Part shown: piece by piece, positions 37,321 through 47,502 of the stretch
Layout: each line of letters opens with the position of its first letter
Numbering within the stretch: position 1 is the stretch's first letter
DNA from: Bdellovibrionota bacterium FG-1
GTDB lineage: Bacteria > Bdellovibrionota > UBA1018
DNA: 64,000 nucleotides
Direction: 5' to 3'
NCBI GenBank assembly: GCA_051382295.1
Contig: JBBCAW010000021.1
Coordinates: 83,085-147,084, forward strand
The notes under the pieces: model-generated
Databases searched by the model: none
Told to the model about the DNA's origin: nothing
What the model saw: the letters and a program-made list of their open reading frames with translations, nothing else
Translations under genes and position numbers: made by a program

Positions 37321-38637
37321 TCATTTTTTGACCACTGTAGCTGTACTGTAGCTGAGAGTCCGGCCTAAGCTCGGGTCATTACTGGGATGCTGGCACATTT
37401 TTTCCTTCAAGCGCTCAACATCCACGGACCCTCCGTAGTGTTGCCGATTGACCGCAGGATCATGCCCCAGTACCTGACTCGCCTCTTCCACAGAGAAACC
37501 ACTCCTCTGTTTTGCGTGGGCGCTGAACGACCGCCGCAGATCATAAGGGATGAAACGCAGCCGATCAGCCATGACCCCTTCTCTGTCCGCAGTCCACATC
37601 CCTGCAGCCTTGAGAAGTCCCCTCCAGCACTCCCTGATGGAAGTGACCCGTTGCCATGGCACCCCAGTCAACCCGCCCTTTTTCCGGTCTTTGGTCACGA
37701 AGACAAAGTTAGCGGGATGTGGAGTCGGATCGCCCTTAACAAAACCAACGGACACAACCCGTGGCAGACTATTTAAAATCAGCAGAGCTGTGTCATTGAG
37801 ATATACTTCGCGGTCCTTGCCCCACTTCGGCTTCCAGCCAAGTCCGTGCTTGGTGGGACACCTTGGCTTTGACCTGAGTCGAACCCAACGATCAACCACG
37901 TCAGTCCACTCCAGGTGAATCAGCTCCCCAGGCCGCATGCCGGTCGCATACATCAAGAGCACGAATGCCTTGACGTTGAATCCGCTTTTGGCTGTATACG
38001 CGGTGGAAACCAGTTTCTGAATCTCCTCCGATGAAAACACCACGGCCCGCGCCTTTTCCTGCGGCTTCACCTTGATGGGCTCGATCTCATCTGCTGGATT
38101 GGAAACCAGCTCCTTTCGCTTCTTGAACCAGCGAAACACCTTCTTCACCAACTTGAGGTAGTTTTGGGCGGTAACGGCTGAGATCTCCCTCTTAGCAATC
38201 CTTTCTTGAAGGTGATCCCTGAACGCCAAAACATGGGCCTCCTTGAGTCGCCTAAAGTTGGACTCACCCGCCAACTTTGAAAGCTTCCGGAAACAAGTGC
38301 GAATCATGGCATCCTCTCCATTCTTCGTGTTGCCGGTTTTCTCAAAGCCGGTCTTTTCCAGATACCTATCCACCGCTAAATCAATGGTGAGGTGCCCACC
38401 GGGCCCTGCCCGGCGCTGCATCTTCTCCATCTCAGTGTCCGTAAAAAAACCCCGGATCAGGTCAGCCTCTTTGAGCTTGGCATTTCGCAGTGCCTCCTTC
38501 TCTGACTTAGCCACCGAAGCCTGAATGAGACTACCGTCCGGTAAAGGGTATTTCCAATACCAGCGATCGCAGTCCTTTCTATAATAGACATGAACCTCCG
38601 GAATATATTCCATCGGCACGTCAATTTTATTGAGCAT
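37321..38637 (-). CDS. Tyrosine integrase
   Basis: ATGMRPGE, YDLRR, LGH, HY; N-terminal arm-binding-like and SAM-like domains. Confidence 0.92.
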   Translation of the reverse strand: MLNKIDVPMEYIPEVHVYYRKDCDRWYWKYPLPDGSLIQASVAKSEKEALRNAKLKEADLIRGFFTDTEMEKMQRRAGPGGHLTIDLAVDRYLEKTGFEKTGNTKNGEDAMIRTCFRKLSKLAGESNFRRLKEAHVLAFRDHLQERIAKREISAVTAQNYLKLVKKVFRWFKKRKELVSNPADEIEPIKVKPQEKARAVVFSSEEIQKLVSTAYTAKSGFNVKAFVLLMYATGMRPGELIHLEWTDVVDRWVRLRSKPRCPTKHGLGWKPKWGKDREVYLNDTALLILNSLPRVVSVGFVKGDPTPHPANFVFVTKDRKKGGLTGVPWQRVTSIRECWRGLLKAAGMWTADREGVMADRLRFIPYDLRRSFSAHAKQRSGFSVEEASQVLGHDPAVNRQHYGGSVDVERLKEKMCQHPSNDPSLGRTLSYSTATVVKK

Positions 38638-38649
38638 GATTGATCTCCT

Positions 38650-38976
38650 TTACGAGAGATCTCGGAAGCCTTCGACCCGAGCATTGTCGAGGAAGGTATC
38701 GAGATCCTTCTTGAGAAAAATCAGCCCCTCTTTGCTGAACTTGAGGAACGTCAACTTGCGGGAACGGGTTGCATGGTAATGGATGCTCTCGCGTGAGCAT
38801 CTGCAGTACGCCGCAGCCTCATTCTCGTTGAAGACGTGGTGCCTCAAGACCAGCTGTAAAACCATGAATTTGTCAAAGAGCGATAGGAGCTTGGAAAGCG
38901 GACCTTCTTCGGGCTCCTGCATCACGGTGATACCTTGGAATACGGGGTCAATTCGAGTCAAGTCATCATTGCTCAT
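38650..38976 (-). CDS. Excisionase-like HTH protein
   Basis: FNENEAAAYCRCSRESIHY...FLKKDLDTFL, directly upstream of int. Confidence 0.7.
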   Translation of the reverse strand: MSNDDLTRIDPVFQGITVMQEPEEGPLSKLLSLFDKFMVLQLVLRHHVFNENEAAAYCRCSRESIHYHATRSRKLTFLKFSKEGLIFLKKDLDTFLDNARVEGFRDLS

Positions 38977-39046
38977 TTAAGTTTCTCTCCGACTTAGGCG
39001 GCACCCCCCGAGAGTCACGAAGACTCCCGGGGGGCTGCCTTGGTAT

Positions 39047-39421
39047 TCACCCAGTTGACTGGAGGTCGTCGATCATTGCGCGGACTTTGACCATGATGCG
39101 GGCCTCGAGCTCATTCGTCGTTTTCATAAGCGTCGAGGCCTCCGCTTGCGTGATCTCGTCCTCTCGCTCCAAGACGGATTTGTAGTAGGCCTCCTGATCC
39201 ACTTTGAGCTGGCTTACAAGGGCTTCAATAGCGGTACGGAGGCCTGAATCACCGTCTAAAGCCTCACACAGCAATGAAATAATCACGCCCGTAGCTTCGC
39301 TGTAACCATCACGCCAAATCTCCACTTCTTCGCTCCGATTGTTTGTTTGCTGATTATTAGCCGCGTGCCATTCTTCGCAGTTTTGCTTCTCCACTTCAGA
39401 GTCGATTTTCAGTTCCTTCAT
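39047..39421 (-). CDS. Hypothetical protein (124 aa)
   Basis: ATG 39421 with AAGGA RBS just after the upstream stop. Confidence 0.6.
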   Translation of the reverse strand: MKELKIDSEVEKQNCEEWHAANNQQTNNRSEEVEIWRDGYSEATGVIISLLCEALDGDSGLRTAIEALVSQLKVDQEAYYKSVLEREDEITQAEASTLMKTTNELEARIMVKVRAMIDDLQSTG

Positions 39422-39422
39422 T

Positions 39423-40241
39423 TTAAATAATTCCTTTTTTTTCAACGTTTTTGGGAAACTCAAGCCAAGTGCGACCATCGAGCGTTCGACCGCCCTTCGC
39501 TCCTTTTGGATTGGCCTTATTTTTAATAGTTGGGTCGAGCGGGTCTGGGTTGTTGCTTTTTTTTCCCCATTGTTTAAATAAAAACGGAACCCCAGCCAAA
39601 ACGCACTGATAGCGGATATTTTTGACCCAGGCTGGATCCATTGGCCGTGCCTTTGGACCTGATTCACCGCCGACGATCACCCAGTTGATGCCGTTCAGAT
39701 TAAGGTCGGGCAGTGGTCCGAGCAGTGGTTCCAGCGACAGGAACTTGACCTGGGCGCCAGTCAAACGGAGGTGATCGATCCGACTGGTGTAATCGTTGTT
39801 TTCAACGGAGACGCCCATCCAGAGGTTTTTGGGCCAGGGGAGCATAGGACTGAGTGCGGTCAGGCGTTCTTGGCGCTTCGTGAGAACCTGGTAGGTGTGC
39901 CGTGGCGTCTCGATCACTGTCTTGAATACCCCTTGAATGAACTCCAACGGTACATCCTTGTGAAAAAGGTCCGACATCGAATTCACGAAGATGCGTCGTG
40001 GCTTCCGCCAGTGCTTTGGTCTTTCAAGTAGGTCGCGATGGAGAGTCAGCTTGAATCCGTTACTGTAACGACAGCTATCGATGTGCATTCTCCCCTTTTC
40101 GCAACTGCCAATCTCCATCCGCTTATTGTGGATCGCCTGCTTTTCCGCATAACAGTTTTTGCAACCATCGCTGACTTTGTCGCAACCGGTATGGGGATTC
40201 CAACTTAGGTCGGTCCATTCGATTGAAGTTCTTCCAGACAT
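39423..40241 (-). CDS. DUF5131 / phage Gp37-Gp68 family radical-SAM-like protein
   Basis: IEWTD.SWNP.TGC.KVS.GC.NCYA, FVNSMSDLFH, SLEPLLGP, WVIVGGESG, FKQWG. Confidence 0.92.
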   Translation of the reverse strand: MSGRTSIEWTDLSWNPHTGCDKVSDGCKNCYAEKQAIHNKRMEIGSCEKGRMHIDSCRYSNGFKLTLHRDLLERPKHWRKPRRIFVNSMSDLFHKDVPLEFIQGVFKTVIETPRHTYQVLTKRQERLTALSPMLPWPKNLWMGVSVENNDYTSRIDHLRLTGAQVKFLSLEPLLGPLPDLNLNGINWVIVGGESGPKARPMDPAWVKNIRYQCVLAGVPFLFKQWGKKSNNPDPLDPTIKNKANPKGAKGGRTLDGRTWLEFPKNVEKKGII

Positions 40242-40390
40242 TAATATTCCTCCTCATCACCCGAGAGCGGCCCGGGTGGCATTAGGTCAAGCCCCGTTCG
40301 CCGGGGCGTACAATTTATGATCAGATCAGGGCTTTTTGAATTCGATGCACCTCCTTAAAATTGATGGTCGGAAAAAGTTGCCGCTTTTGC

Positions 40391-42526
40391 TTATTCATCG
40401 TTGTCCTCTTCCATGATGTTCGGCGCGGTGTCAGCGCTACAGATGTTAAACGCCGAATCTTTCAGAAGGCGCTCAAGACTGTCGGCCTTGCCGTCCTTGT
40501 TCCAGCACCACGGGTGACTCCGGTTCACGTCTACTTTTGCATTTAATACAGGGTAAAACTCTCGAAGAGCTTGTTCGAGGAGTTGTTTAGCGCGATCGCT
40601 TATTTGAATAATTAGGTCTTCCGGACATTCGATGAGAACAGCGTCGTGAAGCTGAAAAATGAGCTTAACGTCAGTCTCACGAAACTCCTGATCAAGGAGG
40701 ATGAGCGCCCGCTTGAATACTGAGGCCGCCGATCCTTGGATAGGCGTGTTACGTAAGAAGTTTCGAACCCAAGGGGAAATACCCGCGTTTTTAGGAATAT
40801 ACCGACGCAACCCGGTTACCGTGGTTGCAAATCCGCGATTGAGACCAACGCACTCCTCCTCGTCAAGCCTCGCCTTGATAACGGGGAACATGTCCATGAA
40901 TCGTTCACGCTGCTTTCGCGCCTCAGATTCAGAGATTCCAAACTTCAGTGAAATGGATCTCGGCTGCATATTATAAATCACCGCGAGTACGAAAATCTTC
41001 ATATTGTCGCGGAGGTCTTTTCTCTGGTTCTTGAATTCTGTTGGATCAAGATTGATTTCTTCCGCAGTCAGTTGTTCCTTGTAGAATTTCTGGGCTATAA
41101 CGGCATAAACGTCGCCTTGATTGTAAGCGCTGATTAGGACCGGGTCATTGAACTCAGCAGCCACGACCCCAATCTCCATCTGGGAATAGTCGAGTTCAAA
41201 AATCGCCATTTCGGGGGGGGCCGTTACCACCGGACGAAGGTTTCTGTCGATCCCACCCAGATTTGGGTTTTTGCAGGAGTTTCTGCTCGTGGCTGTTGCG
41301 AGTTGAAGATGAGCTGGGTGGTGTCGTCCGTCTTTCCCCCGGAGTGCCCCGTAGATCCACTCACTAGTGAGGATACGCGACATTGCTCGGTACCTAAGCA
41401 AAACGCCCACCGCAGGATGCAGGCTGCTGTGCCCATAAAGTATTTTATCGGTCAACACGATTCGTCCAGCGCGGGTTTTCTCTTTGAAATGATGAATCAG
41501 ATTTAGATTTTGAAGTGCTCGGGCAATGTGATCGGGGTTGTCTGGAGAATCCAATCCGTGAGTTTTCAAATTGATGGCGTAGTGATCGCTGGCCCGAGTG
41601 CAGGCTTTGGTTAGCTTCTCAAGGCTATCTTTGGTGATGTGTACGCCGGTCCATTCCATTCGTGCGTTAGCGGGAATGAAGGGAAACTCGATCTTATGGA
41701 GGTGGCTAGAGATTCCTGATTTTTCGATATCAGGTTGTTGGGCATGATAAAGTCGAAGCGTCCATTCCGATGGGGCAGCACTGGAGTCAATGAGACCTTT
41801 TGGCATGGGTACCCCAGGGGGGAGCGGCGATTGAGCTTCAGGTTGTACGCCGCCGTAGGGGAACCCCAACTTGTAATGGGCACATTGTCCTGCCAGCGAG
41901 AGAGCATGGTCCCGCTTTTCAGCCATGAGTCGCTTAGCTGCGATATGCTCAGGGCTGTCGTCCGCTGGACCTGACACGCGGGCATGGAAGAGCCCCAAGG
42001 TCTGTGCAGCGGCCGCAATATGGGTGTCGTAGAATGAGTGGAGGACGGGGTCGATGCCACAACTCCAGAGGGCAAACAGAGCCTTCTTGAAGTCGTGGAA
42101 CACGAACTTAACCCGGAGGTTCAGAAGTGCCTTGGTGGCTTCGATTCCGGCGGGATTCCGTAGGTCGATCACATGGCGATGGAGAATGCCGGGTCCATCG
42201 GGATTGAGGGGGTCATCGACCCAAACGCAGAGGGAGACAAACAGAGGGCGGATGCCGCGAATGTCTCGCCAGAGGGGGCCATTCTTGAGTCTGAAGGCAG
42301 CTCTTTCATGTTGCACCTCAACATGGACCCCAATTGCTCGAACAGGAAGTCCGCTGAGTTTGCGGATCAGAGCCTCGGCCGCCTCTTCGCCACCGGCGAC
42401 CTGGATTTCGCCTGGTTGAGGGAGAGGGATCCCGACAGCGATGTCGAGCTGGTTTTTGGGATCTGAGTCGTAGTGGTCCAGTTCCTGAAGGCGTTGTGGC
42501 CAACGGCCGAGGAGGTTGATGGTCAT
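40391..42526 (-). CDS. Family A DNA polymerase with degenerate 3'-5' exonuclease domain
   Basis: TATSRNSCKNPNL, motif A DYSQME, motif B RDNMKIFVLAVIY, NTPIQGSAA, motif C LHDAV. Confidence 0.9.
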   Translation of the reverse strand: MTINLLGRWPQRLQELDHYDSDPKNQLDIAVGIPLPQPGEIQVAGGEEAAEALIRKLSGLPVRAIGVHVEVQHERAAFRLKNGPLWRDIRGIRPLFVSLCVWVDDPLNPDGPGILHRHVIDLRNPAGIEATKALLNLRVKFVFHDFKKALFALWSCGIDPVLHSFYDTHIAAAAQTLGLFHARVSGPADDSPEHIAAKRLMAEKRDHALSLAGQCAHYKLGFPYGGVQPEAQSPLPPGVPMPKGLIDSSAAPSEWTLRLYHAQQPDIEKSGISSHLHKIEFPFIPANARMEWTGVHITKDSLEKLTKACTRASDHYAINLKTHGLDSPDNPDHIARALQNLNLIHHFKEKTRAGRIVLTDKILYGHSSLHPAVGVLLRYRAMSRILTSEWIYGALRGKDGRHHPAHLQLATATSRNSCKNPNLGGIDRNLRPVVTAPPEMAIFELDYSQMEIGVVAAEFNDPVLISAYNQGDVYAVIAQKFYKEQLTAEEINLDPTEFKNQRKDLRDNMKIFVLAVIYNMQPRSISLKFGISESEARKQRERFMDMFPVIKARLDEEECVGLNRGFATTVTGLRRYIPKNAGISPWVRNFLRNTPIQGSAASVFKRALILLDQEFRETDVKLIFQLHDAVLIECPEDLIIQISDRAKQLLEQALREFYPVLNAKVDVNRSHPWCWNKDGKADSLERLLKDSAFNICSADTAPNIMEEDNDE

Positions 42527-44466
42527 TGGTTGACCTCCTCCATGGTGGTTGCGGTCTCGACTGTCCCAATTTCCCTTAAAGAATAATTAGTATTAAAGGG
42601 ATTTTGGGACACCTGACTGTTTTGCTTCAGCCATCTTGCTGCGGTCGAGGAGGAAATATTCAGCTTCCTGGCCGCCTTCCTCATGGAAAAGCCGCCAAAC
42701 ATCAGCGCTCGAAGTTCTTCGATCTGCTTAAGTCTCTGAGTAATACGTGGCCTCAGCAGCCCAAACTCCTGATAGGCGCGTTCAATGGTCGGAAGTTCGA
42801 TAACCGGGCCCACTTCCAGGGTGAAGTCAGCCATTTGGAAAAAGATAATTTCGCGGGCATGAGTATAAAAACGACACCGTCCAACGGCTTGGAGAATTGC
42901 GTCAATCTCGAGAACACGATGATGAATACTTACGTCTTTGGCGAGATCGCTATACCGATGTTTGTGATCAATGGTCGGTATGCGATTTTGACGACTATCG
43001 TAGTGAAAATCGACCGCGATCTGATCGCACTCAGCAATGTTACCTTGGGTGGATTCACGCAAGGCAGATGCTGGAAGATTAAAAGAGTTCAGGCAATAAC
43101 AGGCATCGTAGTCGGTAAAAATATTAATACCAATTACGGCGTAGTGGATGATCGGAACAATGTTGGAGTTGGGTTTCCTTAGGTCGTCAGTGACCTCAGT
43201 TGGAAAACTAACATCAAATCCAAGCTGTTTAAGTGTTTTTCTGAGATAATTAGCGCATGCCACCTTAAACTTCTTTTGGGAGACAAGGAGTGTGCTCTTG
43301 CCTGATTTGATGTTGAAGGCAATCTTGGCAGCGATGAAGTCAAGAATTCGATGCATGTTGCTCCGGAAATACTTTGCTGCACCCGAGCGGAATTTTAGAT
43401 TAAATATTCGCGTGTCAGTGTGTCTAAACTGAAGTGATTCGAATGGAGATTCAAGGTCAGGCAACTGAAGCTGCTTCTTTACGAAGTCCTTCGGCAGGTT
43501 GGCGGCGAGCACCAGGATGTCGAACCGATCAAAGTTTTGGCGTACTACAAAGTTGATATTCCCGTACTTGTCCTTCCAGCGATCTTGCTGTTTGCTTTGT
43601 TGGAAGAGGGATACGAGATGAGCAATATTCTCAAAGTTATGACCGAATTCATCAACCCCATGCCGTTGAATTTCTAGACCAACCTGATTCAGACCTGATG
43701 GAAAAATCCAGCCAGTCATTCGAAGTGATCGGGTGTCGGCACGGAGCAACGTACTAAGGTTTTGCACCCACACGGCCTTATCGGCATCAAAAGTCGGATA
43801 TTCTTCCTCCGGCTGTGGAAGCGTCCTTAATGCGTTAATAAAGATTTCAATAGTATTGGCAGAAATAGTGATCGGCTTTAATGTTTTCGTTACGCCACCT
43901 TCATCGAGTATCAAAAGTACCTTTTTTGGCTTCAAAATATCAATGATCTGGCTAAGTATCGTCGGAGCATTGTTCAGTCGCTGATCGGTACAAAGGATGA
44001 ATTGACGATCCTTGATCTTTTCTTCAAGAGGGGGCCACCAGGTGCATTCCGAGTCTTTCTTTGGACACTTCGAACACAAAGTTTCCCTCGCGAGCGACGA
44101 GCAACCACGAGTTTCTAAAAACTCCCATTGCTCGTTGAGAGGACCGCAAAGTCTCGTCGGCCGAGCGCGCAATACAAAATATTCGATTGGAAGAGCGGCG
44201 GCCTGAAGACTGTGCAGGCGTTCAGTGATGATCGACCACGCACAGGCAACGTAGATGACAAGGTCGTAAATCCGGTAAGTCTCGGGATCCAAGATCACCT
44301 TGTCTGCAACTGCCGACTTTCCCACACCAATGGGTAAACGAAGAAGAAGCCGGATGAACCGTTGCAATTGCTGCAGGATCCAGGCGGCGGTGAGGGTGGC
44401 CCGAAACTTTTTCAGGCCACCTTGATCGACAATATTATTGGATTTGTTGTCGCTCACCGTCATCAC
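42523..44466 (-). CDS. SF2 helicase-like protein with Cys cluster and C-terminal HTH
   Basis: LPIGVGKS (Walker A), LILDEG (Walker B), QAVGRCR (motif VI), C...C...CSKC...C cluster, SMRKAARKLNISSSTAARW. Confidence 0.7.
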   Translation of the reverse strand: MMTVSDNKSNNIVDQGGLKKFRATLTAAWILQQLQRFIRLLLRLPIGVGKSAVADKVILDPETYRIYDLVIYVACAWSIITERLHSLQAAALPIEYFVLRARPTRLCGPLNEQWEFLETRGCSSLARETLCSKCPKKDSECTWWPPLEEKIKDRQFILCTDQRLNNAPTILSQIIDILKPKKVLLILDEGGVTKTLKPITISANTIEIFINALRTLPQPEEEYPTFDADKAVWVQNLSTLLRADTRSLRMTGWIFPSGLNQVGLEIQRHGVDEFGHNFENIAHLVSLFQQSKQQDRWKDKYGNINFVVRQNFDRFDILVLAANLPKDFVKKQLQLPDLESPFESLQFRHTDTRIFNLKFRSGAAKYFRSNMHRILDFIAAKIAFNIKSGKSTLLVSQKKFKVACANYLRKTLKQLGFDVSFPTEVTDDLRKPNSNIVPIIHYAVIGINIFTDYDACYCLNSFNLPASALRESTQGNIAECDQIAVDFHYDSRQNRIPTIDHKHRYSDLAKDVSIHHRVLEIDAILQAVGRCRFYTHAREIIFFQMADFTLEVGPVIELPTIERAYQEFGLLRPRITQRLKQIEELRALMFGGFSMRKAARKLNISSSTAARWLKQNSQVSQNPFNTNYSLREIGTVETATTMEEVNQ

Positions 44467-45054
44467 CTATCCAAGATCCAAGCCACGGAGTTCAAGCTGC
44501 GCCTTGATCGATTCCAATGAGGAAAGCTCAATTGCGGTGTACCGAGGGTAGATCGATTTCAGAGTCTCTTCGAGGTTTTCATTCTGCTCTAAGAACGCCG
44601 CGACTTGCTGGAGTCCAACGCTGGCTGTCTTGACGTTGGAAATCAGCTTCGTGGTAAAGTCATAGTTGTCACCACGGGAAATCTCGATGAGCTTCTGGTC
44701 AATTTTCGGATCATCGAGATAAGCGAGAAGCTGAGGTAAAAGCTTCCGGGGCGCCATCTCCTTGGAAATGCGCAGGATGGCAATACCGTTCTGGCTCAGA
44801 CTATAGACGGGGAGGAGGACACTAGTGGACGCCTTCTTTCCGGCGATGCAGAAGGGGCAAGTTTTTGGATCGCCCAGGCAATGGAAGTGACCGCGTAAAT
44901 TTGGGTCATCCGAAAAATGGAGCAAAGCCTCCACGCCGTCGTCGGTAAAGGCTTTGACGAGTTCGGCGTTATTATTTTTGAACCAGAGTTCCTGAATACC
45001 TCCTTCCTTTTGATCGGGGATTGATGATTGAATAAAACTTCTGATACGAGCCAT
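44467..45054 (-). CDS. Putative ssDNA-binding protein (gp32-like Zn motif)
   Basis: HFHCLGDPKTCPFC, first gene of the replication operon, GAAAGGAG RBS. Confidence 0.5.
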   Translation of the reverse strand: MARIRSFIQSSIPDQKEGGIQELWFKNNNAELVKAFTDDGVEALLHFSDDPNLRGHFHCLGDPKTCPFCIAGKKASTSVLLPVYSLSQNGIAILRISKEMAPRKLLPQLLAYLDDPKIDQKLIEISRGDNYDFTTKLISNVKTASVGLQQVAAFLEQNENLEETLKSIYPRYTAIELSSLESIKAQLELRGLDLG

Positions 45055-45385
45055 AATATGGCTCCTTTCTTGATTATGCCCACCTCTAATTGACGTGGGC
45101 TGGGTTAATTTTGAATGAATAATTGATATTTAAATATTCAAAACAAAGGTGTCCACTGCCCCGCGAGTCATTCAAAAAAATTGATCGAAGAGTCATCGAA
45201 AACTGGCCGGAGAATATACCTCTCCCCGGCCAGTTTTAGTGGCATAAGAACGTATTCAAAATTTCGGTATGATATTGTGCGAATTGTCGAGGTGGGATAT
45301 GGTGAAGCCGGTCAGGTCTTCATGACAGATCATCAGAGTGCCCTGGGTGGCTGCCTGGGGCACTCTTTCACCTTGGTGCGCTACT

Positions 45386-46276
45386 TTATTTGGCCCCCTT
45401 TCTTTGAAAGGCAAGGAGTGCTTGCAGAACCTGATGCAGTGGTTCCACAAAGTCTCGATTCCCTTTGCATGCCGCGATGATTTCGGCGAGTCGTCCGTTG
45501 TCTGTACCGTCATTAATAGTTTGTAACTCTTTCGAATCCTCCTCTGGAAAAAGGCTTGCAGTGAGCTGAAAAGCAATGAACTCAGCCTTACTTGAAATAG
45601 AGTACTGGATGGCGCGATCACTGGGGGTGATTTTAAAATTTACTCGCGCGTCTCGTGCGTTCAAAAGTTTTAAAAAAAGATCAACCGAAGTTTTGTCGTT
45701 GAGAAACTCAAGTGAGATTTGATCATAAGGCACATCTACGAAGGTAATTCGGTCCTTAGGTGCTGTCGGCAGATTCACTCCTGGCAACATGCGTTCAAAA
45801 AATTCTCGTCGAGCACTTACTAGGTCGCCACCCTCCGTTGTGGGACGCCAAGCTAAAAGGTATGCCGCAGCCTTAAGAAAACGGTCGTGCCACATGGTGC
45901 CATAAGAGCTTAAGAAAACATCAAACGATAACGGATGACCACCCTCATCCAGCCTGGTATTTGCCGCTAGATGCCGAAGGACACCATGAAATGGAGCATC
46001 ATGTTGATCTGCTTTGATCTGGCGTTCTTGGGTAGCTAACGCGAGAAGGGCGTTAATTTCTTGATCGGAGCACTGAGAAAGTTCCTGCAATACGGGATAG
46101 AATTTTGGGAAACGGTGGGGCTGTAATGGTGCGCGCGCGCCGGAAAGCTGCAGTGCAAGAGTTGGTTGAGAAATCCCAAGCTTGGCCGCTATCACTGCCT
46201 GAGTAGCTGGAGTTTTTTTGATGATCCGGCGCAGAGCTTTGGCATAACTCAGGCTGGAGCGTTCCGGGGAGTTCAT
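45386..46276 (-). CDS. XRE-family HTH protein
   Basis: TQAVIAAKLGISQPTLALQLSG. Confidence 0.7.
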   Translation of the reverse strand: MNSPERSSLSYAKALRRIIKKTPATQAVIAAKLGISQPTLALQLSGARAPLQPHRFPKFYPVLQELSQCSDQEINALLALATQERQIKADQHDAPFHGVLRHLAANTRLDEGGHPLSFDVFLSSYGTMWHDRFLKAAAYLLAWRPTTEGGDLVSARREFFERMLPGVNLPTAPKDRITFVDVPYDQISLEFLNDKTSVDLFLKLLNARDARVNFKITPSDRAIQYSISSKAEFIAFQLTASLFPEEDSKELQTINDGTDNGRLAEIIAACKGNRDFVEPLHQVLQALLAFQRKGAK

Positions 46277-46319
46277 GGATCGAACCTAATGCGATCCTTA
46301 TTAGATTACAAGAAATAAT

Positions 46320-46336
46320 TTGTAATAAAATTACAA
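46320..46336. promoter_or_regulatory. Operator-like palindrome TTGTAAT-N3-ATTACAA
   Basis: Perfect here; a one-mismatch copy lies at 47519-47535; both precede XRE genes. Confidence 0.55.
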
Positions 46337-46499
46337 GATGTAACATGATAATACTAAAGATCTTTTTGGGTGGTTCGAATCCTACTCAGGTGGGTGCTCC
46401 GTGGCCTGAGCCCATCGCCACCAATAACTAGGAACTCAATGTCCCACCCAAAGCAGGAGAGGACCGGCGCATGCCGATATTAAGATGGCAATGAACGGC

Positions 46500-47144
46500 T
46501 TAATAATCTGGCTGACGGGGTGCTTCAACGATCCATGACAACCCACTGTGCGATATACGTTTGAATGCCGCCCCAGCCGTAATACCAAAGGCCTTTCCGA
46601 TTTCTTGATACAGAGATTTGGTTGCATCGTCATCAAGCCGATCACCTTCTCGACATGTGGCGTGAATGTATTCGATGATTCGTTGTTTTAGGGCTTCCCT
46701 AGGGGCCAAAATCGCACCTGCGGTATAAAAGGCCTGCTGCTCCGCATACGTCGAATCCGGCTGTTCAAGGGTTCTTAATATCCCATAGTACTCGTCGGTT
46801 TTTTTTGCCCGCAGTAGCAAGTCGCGAACATAATCTATGTATTCTCGGTGCAGCAAAATATGACCAAGCTCATGAGCCAAAGACATGCGCGCGCGCTCAT
46901 AATTGTTGTCATAAACGTGCTGTTGAATGCGGATCAGTTTTTTTGTTTCGATTAGACACGTATCAACTTGGCATGTCTCTACCCAGCCATTTCCAGGCTG
47001 AATAAAGTAACCCAAATCTGCCAAATGATTTTCCACATCAAACGGAAATTTCCCTCCAAACCTTGAATGCTTATGGAGGTTTTCAGCAATTTTTTCCTGA
47101 GACTCTTTGGCGAGAGCCTTAATTTTTGGAACTGTGCTCATCAC
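46500..47144 (-). CDS. ImmA/IrrE family metallopeptidase
   Basis: RARMSLAHELGH, EQQAFYTAGAILAP. Confidence 0.88.
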   Translation of the reverse strand: MMSTVPKIKALAKESQEKIAENLHKHSRFGGKFPFDVENHLADLGYFIQPGNGWVETCQVDTCLIETKKLIRIQQHVYDNNYERARMSLAHELGHILLHREYIDYVRDLLLRAKKTDEYYGILRTLEQPDSTYAEQQAFYTAGAILAPREALKQRIIEYIHATCREGDRLDDDATKSLYQEIGKAFGITAGAAFKRISHSGLSWIVEAPRQPDY

Positions 47145-47502
47145 GAACCGTCCGTTTTAGCCAATCAATTAGGTGCTCAATTTCTTTGTCGGTTGGTTCT
47201 TCTCCGTCTGCTCTCCGAAACATTACCGGGAGGTGCTCCAGCAGATCCTTATCCGACAAGTCCTTTGGCAAAATCCTAGTTGATTTTGCTAATGCCTTAA
47301 TTTGAGCAAGGACGGCTAAGTCGAGTTTTAAAAATGTTTTAAGCTGTTCGAAGAAACCCTCTTCCTTTGGGGGTAGAGCCAAATCACGCTCGACACGACT
47401 CCAATTCCCCGAGTCCAGTCCCATCTTCACGGAGAAGTCACGGAGAGTGATTCCCGCGTTAACCCGTAACTCTCTAATTTTATTACCAAATGTGTCTGAC
47501 AT
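47119..47502 (-). CDS. XRE-family repressor (ImmR-like)
   Basis: FGNKIRELRVNAGITLRDFS...WSRVER; overlaps the peptidase start. Confidence 0.85.
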   Translation of the reverse strand: MSDTFGNKIRELRVNAGITLRDFSVKMGLDSGNWSRVERDLALPPKEEGFFEQLKTFLKLDLAVLAQIKALAKSTRILPKDLSDKDLLEHLPVMFRRADGEEPTDKEIEHLIDWLKRTVRDEHSSKN

